A stretch of 64,000 nucleotides of DNA from Lama glama (GCA_028534125.1 CM052817.1:55740001-55804000), one strand, 5' to 3'. Positions 27,247 through 39,735 are shown, counted from the first letter of the stretch. Notes: generated by a model from the letters alone, not told the origin. Numbers and translations: made by a program.

Positions 27247-28859
27247 TGTATATATAGTAATCCTTGATGAAGAATAGAGCCTTCACTGTGTAGGGACTGA
27301 GTAATGTTATGTAAGGATATAAAGAAAATGAGGCCTTGCTTTGAAGTTTTACCCTTACAGGCCCCAAAATGTACCTCCCCCTTTAAATGGTCATAAATAT
27401 ATTGCTAAATTAGAGATTTGAAATGCACTAGCCCACTAATAAGATTTCTTCTATGTGCACTAAAAAATATTTATGTTGTACCCTCTATTTACAAGGCATT
27501 GTGCTCTGCAGTCATCATCAAGGAGCTTAGAGATTTGGGGGGAATCCAGAAAAAATATATTCAATGAAATGTGATTATATATGATATATTATCTATACAT
27601 GAGTGATATGTGATATGTTTATATATGAGTAGGTAAATTAAAATGTGTTAAGTTAAAACCTTTCCAAAAGTATGTATTGGGATAAGTCGGGAGTGGAGAG
27701 AAGCTCTGTTTCTTGAGACAGATAGTCAGGTAAAGTCAGTTAAGATGAAAACAAAGGAAAATTCGAGTCGAGAGAGTGATCAGTGAGTACAGACTTAAAG
27801 GCAGGAAATGTACCTGATACGTTTGAAAAACAATGGGTCTGAGTGAATCAAAGTTCTCATGAAATGTTCTAATGGCAAACTTCCTCCACCCTTCCAATTC
27901 CCTGCCACCTGAAAAGGTTATCACATTCAGCCCTTCCTTGGTAAGGCTCCAGTAGGATCTCAAGCAGCTCTTTAGAGCAAGCCAGTAAGACACCATTCCT
28001 CTCAGATGGGTACTAAGCCCTGAAACAAACCGCACCCAATACCTGGGGGCATCTTCTAATAATGTACTAGGCAACACATGTAACAACACTGAACTATGCA
28101 AACGTTTATTTAAAATGTAACTGAGTGGATCTGTAATTCCACTTCTAACTAAGAATTTAAGCACTTCTGAGCCTTATTTTTTAAGTAATCAGTTTCCTGT
28201 ATTATCTACTTAATGCAAGTGCTATGGGAGCAAAAGCACAGTTTTTGGGTTTTTTTTTTTAATGTACTCTGTAAAGTCTCCTAAGTTATGGATAAATGGT
28301 GAATTGTAAATAATAGCAACAATGAGCATAGTTAATATTTACAAGGTTAAACATTAAATGATATTGTCTGATGGTGCTGTCAGTTGTTTCTTTTGGAAAA
28401 ACTTGGGAATATTTAGAATTCAGCAGACTGCGTAAAACAAGCAATATGCTGCTGTTATCCTTACAACACTTTCTCCATTGGGATCTTCAATTTTATTTTT
28501 TCATGTGAATGGCATTAATAGGGGTTTCCAAACATTTTTGACAGCTACAATTGGTCCTTAAACTCTTGTCATCAAAATGTCACTAATACTCAAATTTGCA
28601 TATAAATTTCTGTTCTCCATCATATGCTATATGAATGAAGAAAATAACTGTTTGCTTTTCCAGCTAGATAAAAAGCATTTCAGGCAAACTGAATGTATTA
28701 CATTGATAGCAAGATATAGAAAAAGCTGCTGGAGTTGATGATCACCATGAAAGCACCTCTTGGGAAGAATTTGAAGATGTGTTTTCAAAAGTGACTGTTC
28801 CCCATAGTTGAGACACCACCAGCCTGGTAAGATTCACACATTCCAGTAAGCAGATTTTC

Positions 28860-29330
28860 TAAATTACCTCTTTACTGTATGCCTCTCCCATTAACACAGC
28901 CACCTCCTTGTCATTCACACCGATGTAATGATCACCCTTGGAGTGTTTACACCCTGGGCCTGGCTGGTTGGTTGCCTCTTACTCTGTGGCAAGATTATTG
29001 ATTGCAGATGCTTATTAAGCAAGTATGAAGCAATAAACCATGAGAGCTGTTGATAACTCAAGAGTCAAAGCTAGTAATTATATAGGGATCAGGAGGATTA
29101 TTACATACGAGCCCTTGGTAAATATGACCGATTGCTATTGCAGGGCTGTGATGACTGTTTGAATTTAAATGTATTATTGATTTTTTTGTTTTTATTGCAT
29201 TTTAAATTGACAGGTTTTTAATGCAAATAGTCCATTGTACCCAACTGCCAGGCCCTGCTACTGTAACTTGATGATTAATGGACAGGTGCGGCAGTTACGG
29301 TTTCCACTGCTCAGTCCAAAGTGAACCCAC
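28860..29330. promoter_or_regulatory. Candidate conserved non-coding element / developmental enhancer
   Basis: Repeat-free, retains several CpGs, and clusters FOX (28944, 29118), TALE TGACAG (29208), octamer ATGCAAAT (29221), SOX CATTGT (29233), PBX-HOX TGATTAAT (29272) and E-box CAGGTG (29283) motifs. Conservation is inferred, not measured. Confidence 0.45.
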
Positions 29331-30087
29331 TATCTTTTTCCTCCAAGTGCACTTCTCTCTCATTGCTTTCTGAACGTAACACATATTGTGCCTCAGAATT
29401 TCAAGTCATTTTACTTTTGATCTGTTGACATCATTGTGCTACTTCTAAAGATGCCAAATAGAATCATTAAATGACAAAATCTCTTTCCAGTTGAACCCAG
29501 ATATCATTATGTCTTCTGGTCTTTTTCATTTGTAAGTTAAATCTATTAAGATTTGATTATATTTTGCCTTTTGAAAATTTGTCTTAAGGAAAACTGTATA
29601 ATGCCAATAGCCTGAAGTCTGAACTCAGCAAAGTGAACATATGTAGTAATTGGTTATTTTAAGTAGTCAGTATTGTGATTTCTTGAGGCATTTTAAACTG
29701 AGGAGGTAGACCAATGTCAGTTTCCTAAAATACTGATCAAAGATACTGAATAGAGGGAAGAAAAATATATGTTTTATCATATGTTCATATTTAGCACAAT
29801 TTTAGTTCCTTTGAAATATGCACTAGAGAATGAATTCGTATTCAGAATTGTTTAGGTTTGCTATTTTTAAAAACATCAAAACATTCAACAGGTTCATGGA
29901 GCAGATGAATAAATAGATCCCCCAAAATGTAAGAAACTTGGCTAAGGATAGCTTTCATGTCAAAGTTAAAACCAAAAGAACAATTATTACTGTTGTCATT
30001 ATGGCCAACACTTACTGATGACATTCCATACACAAGTTTTGTATCATTCTGATACTGAGATAACTGTATAAATTAGGTATTCTTAGC

Positions 30088-30238
30088 AGGGAGGGTATAG
30101 TTCAGTGGTAGGGTGTGTGCTTAGTATGCACGAGGTTCTGGGTCCAATCCCCACTACCTCCATTAAAAACAAATAGAATAAATAAAAGCTAATTACCTCC
30201 CTACCAAAGAACTGTAAAAAAAATAAATAAAAAATAAA
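30088..30238 (+). mobile_element. tRNA-derived SINE (camelid vic-1-like) with target-site duplication
   Basis: A box 'tagttcagtgg', B box 'ggtccaatccc', A-rich tail; TSD 'taggtattctta' at 30074-30085 and 30239-30250. Confidence 0.9.
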
Positions 30239-30427
30239 TAGGTATTCTTACAATCTATCTATACATAAGAGGGAACTTAGGCTAAATCAGTCTCTTCTCT
30301 GAGGATAGAGTATTCATAAAAGGAAGATCTAGTACAATTAATGTCTAGCTATAAACATCTTGCTTTTTAATCTCAGGAACTCTTGGTCTGTGACTCTAAT
30401 ATTGTGATTCTTCCTTTAAAAATATGT

Positions 30428-31130
30428 TATTCATTCATTTATTCATGAGATAATGAATGATTACTATATGATGACACTATTCTAGATTCTTGGATAGATT
30501 GGTGATAAAGATGGGTAAAAATCCTTTCTTCACATTTCTTACATTATAATCAAGAAAACAGAGAAGAAAAATACATAATCCACTGAATAGAGGATAAAAT
30601 AATAGAGTGATAGTGTCATCAAATTTTAGTAGTATAAATAAAAAGATGAATAGGGAAGTGAGAAAACCCAAGGCAGTAAGTGGGCCAGAGAAATCAGAGC
30701 CCTGAATCCAGTGGCTATTAAATTTGAGATTCTTACAGCATATCCAAGAGAAAATATACATTAGGTAATTGGTTATATATGTCTCAAGCTATAACATCCA
30801 ATATGGTCACTATTAGCCACATGTGGATATTTAAATTTAAATTAACTTTAATTAAATAAAATTAATTCAATTCCTCATTTACACTAGTTGCATCTCAAGA
30901 GCTAAATAGGAACGAGGAGCAGTTAGCTACCATATTGGATAGTACAGACATAGAACATGTTTGCCTTTGCAGAAGTTTCAATTGAACAGCACTGGTTTAC
31001 AGTTCAGAGTAAAGGTCAGACTTGGAGACTTTAATTTGAGAGTCAGAAAATGACTCAATATATTCTTTTACTTGACTAACTGGTTAAATAGTGGTGCAAA
31101 TTTCTGAGATGAGTGAATTAGAGAAAAGAA
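30428..31130 (-). mobile_element. L2 LINE 3' part, split by MER3
   Basis: 'ttattcattcatttattca...ttctagattcttggataga' tail; L2 text resumes after MER3 ('gttcagagtaaaggtcagacttggagactttaatttgagagtca'). Confidence 0.6.
30789..30994 (-). mobile_element. MER3 (hAT-Charlie MITE)
   Basis: 'tccaatatggtcactattagccacatgtggatatttaaatttaaattaa...taccatattggatagtacagacatagaacat...gcagaagtttcaattgaacagcactg' is colinear with the reverse complement of MER3. Confidence 0.85.
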
Positions 31131-34100
31131 GCAGTTAATATGTAGATTGTGGACTAAAAGGTTTTCATCTAAGGAGTAAAAATTTAACTAGTATATTTAA
31201 AACAAGATGAAATATCTCATAATGGAGAATAGAAGGATATTTGTAATTAAGAATGTCAATATCAAACTTAAAATACTCTATTCTCCTTTGCAAGGAAAAA
31301 AATTCAAAAGTGAAGTATGGGTATATATTCATATAATCTTATAATTTTTTGAAACCTATGGTGGACTTTTTTAGTATTATCATCTCCAATTCATATAGTT
31401 CTATTTCCATAGATGCAAAATAATGTGGCTATTAAAGACTAAGCATCAACAACTTAATTCCATTGGTAGGATACTGTTAGAATCACCCTTTCCACTTTCA
31501 CATATGCACAAGAATTAATATTTTTCCTGATAATTAATAGTAGAGAAGCGCAGTTCCATCACCAGAATCACCCAAGTAACTCTATTTTAGGACACAATGG
31601 ACTGCATAAGCAAAACCTATATACATCAAATATGTAAATCCTTTCTTTGATCTTAATGCATCTTTCAAGACTTGTCTCCTTTTCCCACCTAAGTCTCAAA
31701 TCTTTGCTGTTAGCAAGGATAAGATTGAGATTCCAAGACCTTGGTGTTCTTTATATATGCTTCTATATTCAAAGTTGCATTATTAAAAATAGATAAAATG
31801 AAAACTATATCCTACCCCTATCATAAAATCAATCTTTCTTCTCTTTTCAGTTCCTTCTAACTTCTGATTCTTCCTACCTTTGTTTGGAATAATGCATCTA
31901 CTGCTATAATAAGAATAAAAATGTCTTAAAGGGATGGTTTGTGTTTTTAAAAAATCCTCTGAAGGTGAGACTTATTGTGTATGTGTGTATGATCACTAAT
32001 CACTAAAGACAGTGCAAACAACACACTGCAAAGAAGCAAAGGTTGTCTAAATAGATGACAAGTCAGAAAATCATTTTACTAGGCTCATACTAAACATGAA
32101 ATAAGCTTGAGTAAAATCTATTTGTAAATAAAAATATTTGCTAATGTTATTAGTGTTTTTTCCGCTGATAAAATTATTTTAATAGTAAATTTTTCTTTCC
32201 CAGGAAGAACATTCTTCATTCCTAGTAAATATTGAGGTTATTATAATTTAATTCATCACTGTGAATTATATAATAAGCCACAAAACCTTTTCCATATGAA
32301 GACATCTGATAAGTACCATTCAGTTTACAGATGGATGAAAAGTATGAGTAACCCCTCTATTATATATTCTTTGGGCTTACCAAATTCAAGATGACAACTT
32401 TTATCCAACACTGAATACAGATATTTGTATATAGAGCAGATCAGCAATGTTAATTATTAATGAATTTTATAATTACTCTTTCTGAATATTAGTGAGAAAG
32501 GTAAAACCTAAAACAAACATCTAACTTGAATTGTTCTGTTTTATTTATGAACAATTACTTTGATCAAAACAATCCAAGGTGTTTTTCAAGGTCACCTGGT
32601 GTAAGCCTCATAATTTCTAGCTAAATGGTAAAACAATTATGCATATTCTTAAGTCTTTGACACCTTTGAAAGCAGTCAGGTTGCCAGTGCATGCTTTGCT
32701 TCACCTTTAAGATTTGAGAGGACACTCCTATCTTTCCTTTGTGAGTTCTGGGTATAGTGTAGTCTTTTCTCACTAAGCACAAAAGGATCCTGGCTTTTGT
32801 ATATATTTTCATGTTTGGTCATTTCCACTTTCCCTTTATGAATAAATCAGCCTGATAGCCAAAATTATATGGATTTTATGTATCAACAGAAGTGAGATTT
32901 AAGTACTTTAGGAAATGAAGAGTAGAGGTTTTAATAAAATGTCACACTGGTGATGTATTTTGGCAAGATTCTACATGTTTAAGGGTTAAAGCCAATTACC
33001 TATCATTGTCTTTATATCAACCATGTATATTAAATTAGGATACTAAAATAAATCTAAAATTTAATTTGAGATAATTATAATTTTATTACTAAAGCTTGGG
33101 TAGACAAGTTTTTAAAACTTTGAACTAGTTGTACATGAACAGTAGTTTTCAGCACAGGAATCTGCTTGATTCAGTGGTCATTTTATTGCACATTTATGCT
33201 ATAAACATTTGTTAGTGTTCATTTGCTGTTGGTAAAAGAGCAAGGCATAATTTGGCTCATTTTATCATGTAAAAGATACTGTTGAAAGGATTCTGGCAAC
33301 AAATTATCATATTTATCTTCTCTAGTAAAAGCCAAAATAAGGCTATTTTTAAATCCCTGGACTTTAAGATTTGATAAGGACAATGGTGATGATATTCAAA
33401 TTTATTTAATCCACAAAATGAAGAATTATAAAAAAGAATACAAATTTGACTTTCTGAAGCAGACCAAGATTTCCATATTTTTGCACATACTCTTTTCTTT
33501 AAATAATCACTTAAGAATTATGATGTTAAACCTTGGATCCAGAAATGTGGCAATGGAGCAGTGTAATTAATATTGAAAATGATAATAATCTCTCAATTTT
33601 TATCTGCATCAACTTCCAATAGGAGAATGAAAGGGGATTTTTTATAGTAGGAAGCAAGTAAGAATTATTTTTACTTTCAAGGCGCAGCACTTCAACTACC
33701 TCAAGAGTTTCTGGCAGACAAATTATTTGATTTAATCTTAAAAGTCCCTCTTTAACTACTGAAAAAAGTTGGTAGTCATTAATAATTTAGAGAATTAACT
33801 ATTGGTAAAATAGTGCTATTTAGTACTGATTGCCTCACTTTATACCATAAAGACATTCTTTGATTCAAGCATCCTTTTTATACATTTATTAGTTGCTCCT
33901 CCATCTTTTAAAAATAACCTATAAATGTGCTTGGTAAGGAACTTCCAAAATAGTTGAAGAAAAATGATGAAAGTGGCCCACTACTTTTGCATACAGCCAA
34001 GAATTCCATTATATTACCCTGTGCTAATTCCATCCTGAATATTCATTGAAGTGTGTTAACAAAAAAGTATTCTTATGATTCCTTAATTCATTTTAAACTA

Positions 34101-35489
34101 CTACCATGGTTGTTCCTTTGCTGCTGACACTTGCATGAACATTATCTTCACTGGTTTCCCTTCCTATACATATTTATTCGAACAGATTCACACCATAATT
34201 GTGCTGTGTTATGCCCAGATATCTCATGAAAAGCAAGTAAAATGAAAGAAATGACTCAACATGCTGTCAAACTTAAAAGCAAAAAGTAAGATATGTAACA
34301 ATTTCAGTAACCTTTGGGAAATAGCAACATCTAATTAAAGGAAATGTTCTAGTAACAAGTTTTTTTTAAAAGGAACTTTCTTAGGGGCTATATAACATTG
34401 GCAAATATTGAGTTTTTATTTTTTAGCTGTTGAAAATGTTTGGCAGTTTCTAACAAACTACTTGATTTTTTTTTTTTTTAATTTTGAGCTTCTAAGATCT
34501 CAAAATTACAAATAAATATTTTAAAAGTTTTTTGTTTAGTTAGTGAGAATTAAATGTGTTTTGGAGGACATTTTCTTCTCACACATTATGGTAATTTTCA
34601 TATCTGTGTGATTGATATTGTAGATGTATATTTTCAATTCATGAATATGTTGGGAAAGTTAACATTTTTTAAGATGTGAAGAGTTTCCAAACAGGATATT
34701 TCCCAAAATACTTATAGCTTACATGGAAACATGTAATTTAAGAATCTGTTTTTAAGAGTTATTTTGATGTTATGAATGCTAGTATCCCAAACAATTATAC
34801 AAAATTAGAGTTATACTATATGATAATCATTGTTATCTTGCCTGGTATTAATAGTTAAAAACCAAAAATTTATGAACTCATTTTTTTATAGATATATGTG
34901 GTTAGTAACACTGCTTTAATAATTTTATCATCTATTTTTAAAATATTTGAAATTCCTATGTTGGATTATGTATAAGATGAGGAATTTTAACAATTATTTA
35001 TATCCAATATATACATATGTATATTTATATATGTATATAAAAGCTGATGATATAATTTGAATATGCAAAGTATATAAAGGAATTTTTTTAATGCAAGTTA
35101 TATCTGGAATATAAATGTTTTAAATTTAATATTAAAATAATTACTATAATCCTAATAAAATGTTCTTCATAGTACTGAGAGTACACTGATTAATAGGATA
35201 TACTTTACGTGATCACTTCATAACTGGCCACACAAAATACTTCCATAAATGTGACTGACATACACATTTGTCTATTTAGAATTTCAAAGGGCAAAATTAA
35301 TCTGACATTGAGTGATAGAGTTTGTGTAACTATCAAGGATGAAGCTCAACTCTGGCTATACCAATCAATAATCAAGTTCCAATAAATTATCAAGTATAGA
35401 ATAAAAAGTTTTATTTTACCTCTCCTAGAGTAGTTGTCTGAAGCTTATGTTAGAAGTCCAGCTTACTACTCCAATTCTAATGAAGCTAA

Positions 35490-35705
35490 ATATACATATA
35501 TACTATTTACTGACTGCATATTATTGAATAGGCACTAAATTAGAAGTTGTATATGCTTTATTATATAGTCAGTTTTTTATAAGTCTTAATAATTGAGATT
35601 ATGTTAATTTTAAATATGAGAAAAATTAATCACTGGACAAATAGGCAGCCAAGCTAGGATTGTTATACAAATCAATATGGCTACAATATCCATGTCATTA
35701 TCTCT
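35490..35705 (-). mobile_element. MIR SINE, degraded
   Basis: 'tactatttactgactgcata...aggcact...atatgagaaaa...aagctaggatt' follows antisense MIR. Confidence 0.5.
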
Positions 35706-36782
35706 TACTTTTTAATGTCTATATTATAATTTATACAATTAATGAGTATTTATATGGTAAATTCACAAAAAGAATAATTTCTGCACTAGTGATCTCAATG
35801 TGATCCCTAATGCAGAGAAGCTTGAAGAAGCAGATGAATTGAAGAACACATCCCTTTTTCATGAGTGCCGAAAACTGCATCCCGCTTAAGTAGAAACAGT
35901 ATCCAGCATGATAGATAGGACTTGATCTCCTGTTAATGAATTGTCAATTACTGAATCACTTTATGTGCTTGCAAGATAGCCTTGTGTGTCTAACAGAAGA
36001 TTTGAGAGGAGTCATATTTTTTATATTTAAACAAACAAATCATTAAAAACAGAAAATATATGACAGTTTTAAATATAGAACATGAGTTTAGTGGTATGGC
36101 AATATATCAAATACAAATAAATACGCAATTCACCTCCTCCCATGAAATTACCTTTGAAAAAGCCCTGAAAACTAGCTGAGCAGCTCCTTCAAATTGGGAA
36201 ATGTGAAAAGGGCCACAATAAAGGCAGACTGGAGAGGCAGAGATGTGCTCTCACCATCAACCCAACCCCTAGTGTGGTAAACCACTTTGGGAGGGAACCC
36301 ACAAACCCGGGACTTCTCCATGAGGAGCAAAAGGTTTGTACTCTACATCAGAAACACCAACTTTTAAGAACTGCACCTGAGAAATGAGCCCCCAAAACAT
36401 TGGGCTTTGAAATCCAATGGAACTCACATTACCAAGACCCAAAGGGTTGCAGCAAACTAGGAAATCTCTCTTAAAGGGCTTACATGCAGATATAACCCAA
36501 GGCCCAGCACAGAAGCAGCCGTTTAAAAAGCACCCAGACTCACGTGAAAGATTCATTTGCTAATCTTAAAGCATCGACTGGAGGGTCAGGGGACTGCTGG
36601 GATACTCTCCAGGGACAGAAGTGCCGTCCATTTTTGCACTCTTCTGCATTGCTGAAGCTAGTGAACACCATTTTTCCCCCTATTTCCATGTCCTCATCAG
36701 ATGCTGTCTTTGCATTCTCCCTCCGCCACACTCCAAAGCACCAGTATCAGGGAGCTCTGCTTTCAGATGAACATTCTATATA

Positions 36783-36950
36783 CAGTTGACCCTTGTATTA
36801 TACAAGTTTGAACTGGGCAGGTATACTTATATGCCGGTTTTTTTCCAACAAATACTGTGGTATTACATGATCTGCAGTTGGTTGAATCCTCAGATGTGGA
36901 ATTGCAGAAATGGAGGGTTATAGGGCTGGCTATAAATTTTACACACAGAT
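36783..36950 (+). mobile_element. Tigger2a-like MITE nested in the L1 5' UTR; right TIR missing
   Basis: TA followed by 'cagttgacccttg...gtttgaactg...cagttggttgaatcc'. Confidence 0.8.
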
Positions 36951-39168
36951 GTTACTTTTGGTATCCCAGTCTCTGTGACTGCTGCCCAGGGAATGACACT
37001 TGATTGCCTGGCTGTGGCCAGGGGAGCTTGATTTCCTGGGTTGCAAGACTAACAGAGTGTTCTTGGCAGCCTGTGTCGCTAAGGCACTGCACAGAAGACT
37101 GAAACATACCTCCAACTCTTTCTATTAAAGAGGCCTTTTGACTGTCTTGGAGCTTCAGCCTGAGGGGCAGACTTCAGGACTGGCACACATCTAGTGGCCT
37201 ACAGATGTGCCCTAAAGGAAGGTAAGCCATACACCCCATCTTTGCTCTTCCCTCTTCCTTACTAGCACTCAGTGGTATCGCCTAGAAAGGAGCTTACATA
37301 CTCATCCAGAGCCCTGATTTTTGCTACTTCACATAGGTGCACCTTTAGATCACCTGGCCCTGGTGGCCAGCAGGGCTTATACTTGCAGTCTCATAGGACT
37401 GTATATAGTTACATACTATAAAGGCAGCTGCCTGAGGGTCTGGCTTCCAGTCAGCCTGAATCTAGGAGCTGAGTGAGGTCCTCCCCCCTGGGACATTGAT
37501 GGGTCCTGGCACACCCTCAACTAAGGAAGCCATTACAAATAAAATGGACTGTGTTGACAGCCACACAAGTTTGAAACAACCAAGAGCTATGACAGGATTC
37601 AACAATAAATTTCATCTCCCACTTTCAAGGCTGGGAGAGTTGACTTTTATCTAATGCATAAAAACCAACACAGAAAGTCAAGCAAAATGAAGAAACAGGA
37701 ATATGTTCCCAACAGATCTCCAAAATAAAGTATCAGGAAAAAAATAAAAACCTTAGTGAAATGGAGAAAAGTAATTCAACGATAAAGAGTTCTAAGTAAT
37801 GGTCATAAAGATTCTCCCTGAATTTGGGAAAATAGATGAACACAATATAATAGAGAGACTCATAATGTAAGAAAGTACCAGACAGAAGCCACCAAACTGA
37901 AGAATACAGTAACTGAATTAAAAAACACTCCAGGGGTTCAACGGCAGACTAGTTGAAATAGAAGAAAAACTAACTCAAAAACAGGGCACTGGAATTCACC
38001 TAATCAGAGCAGAAGAAGAAAAAGAAATGAAAAAAAGTAAAGATAGCTTAAGGAACAACGGGACAACATCAAGCAGACTAACATTCACATCACAGGGTTC
38101 CCAGAAGGAGAAGAGAGAGAAAGGGACATAAATCTTATCTGAAGAAATAATGCTAAAAATTTCCCAAACCTGGGGAAAGAAACAGACATCCAGATCCAGG
38201 AATTCTAGAGAGTCTAAACAAGATGAACCCGAAGAGACCCAAACAAGACACATTTTAATTAAATTCACAAAAGTTAAGGACAAGGAGATAACCTTAATAG
38301 CAGCAAGGGACAACTTGTTATGAACAAGGGAACCCCAAAAAGGCTATCAGCAGACTTTCTTCAGCAGAAACTGCAGGCCAGAAGGAAGTAGCAAAAACAA
38401 ACAAACAAGATATTAAAAGAAAAAAAAAAACTTCTAACCAAAAATACTCTACCTGGCAAAGTTATCATTCAGAATTGAATGAGAGAGAGAGTTTTATAGG
38501 CAAGCAAAAGATAAAGATATCCATCACCACTAAACCAGCTTCTTAAGAAATGTTAGAGACTTCTTTAAACTGAAAAGAAAGGTCACTGGGAACAAGAAAA
38601 CATAAAAACATAAATCTCACTAGGAAAGTTTAATATATTACAAAAGTAGTGGTTAAATCACTTAAAAAGCTAGTATGAATGTTAAAAGACAAAAATAATT
38701 AAGGGATTCACAAGATTAAAAGAAATAAAATGTGACATCAGAACATAAAATATGGGGGATAGAGTAAAATATACAGTGCTAGGCTGTGTTCAAACATTAG
38801 TTGTTATCAATTTAAATTAGACTATTATAAATATAGGTTGTTATATATAAGCCACATGGTAACCAAAGAACAAAGACCTATAGTTGACACACAAAAGATA
38901 ATGAGAAAGGAATCTAAGCACTAAAAGTCTTCAAACCTCAAAGGAAGAGGGCAAATGAAGAGGAAAGAAACTGAGAGGATTCAACAATAAATTTCATCTC
39001 CCACTTTCAAGGCTGGGAGATGAAATTAAAATATAAAATAGCCAGAAATCAACTTTTTAAATTGGCAATAAGTACATACCTAACAGTAATTACTTTAAAT
39101 GTAAATAGATTAAATTTTCCAATCAAAAGACAGAGTGGCCAAATGGATTGAAAAACAAGGCACATCTA

Positions 39169-39315
39169 ACCATACTAATGCAAGATGTTAGTAACAGGAG
39201 AATCTGGGGAGGGCTGAAGAGGCATATGGGAACTCTGTACTTTCCACTCAACCTAAAACTGCTAAAAAAAAAAAAAAGTCAATTAAAAAAAATAAAAGGC
39301 AATTTTGAATTTCAA
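39169..39315 (+). mobile_element. Short L1 3' tail (L1MC-like) nested in L1 ORF2, with TSD
   Basis: 'actaatgcaagatgttagtaacagg...atatgggaactctgtacttt...acctaaaactgct' plus poly-A; flanked by 18-bp near-identical repeats aaaaacaaggcacatcta (39151-39168) and aataacaagtcacatcta (39316-39333). Confidence 0.75.
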
Positions 39316-39735
39316 AATAACAAGTCACATCTATGCTGCCTTCAAGAGAATTACCTCAGATAAAAGGAAAGATGGACTGAAAAGTGAGGGATGAAAAAAA
39401 GATGTTCTATGGAAATGGAAACCAAAAGAAAGCTGGAGTAGCTATATTTATATCAGACAAAATAGACTTTAAAAAATGACTCTAATAAAAAACAAAGGTC
39501 ATTACATAATGATAAAGGGGTCAATCTAACAAGAGGATATAACATTTATAAATATTTATGCATTCAACATAGGAGCATCTAAATATATAAATCAAATATT
39601 AACATACAGAAAGGGAGAAATAGACAGCAACACAAGAACATTACCTCACAAACATCAATGGATAGATCATACAGACAGAAAATCAGTAAGGAAACATCGG
39701 TCATAAACAACACGTTAGAACAGATGAACTTAAGA

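Noticed and set aside
27736..28164. Longest ORF in the window (142 aa, - strand)
   Set aside because: Non-ATG start, no recognisable domain, and no convincing splice context.
30088..30162. tRNA gene (also at 48001)
   Set aside because: A/B boxes are followed by an A-rich tail and flanked by TSDs, and the cloverleaf is degenerate, so these are SINEs.
37594..39020. 45-bp direct repeats as LTRs or TSDs of a novel element carrying L1 ORF1
   Set aside because: The enclosed DNA is colinear L1 sequence continuous with both flanks, with no TG...CA ends or poly-A, so a local templated duplication explains it better.
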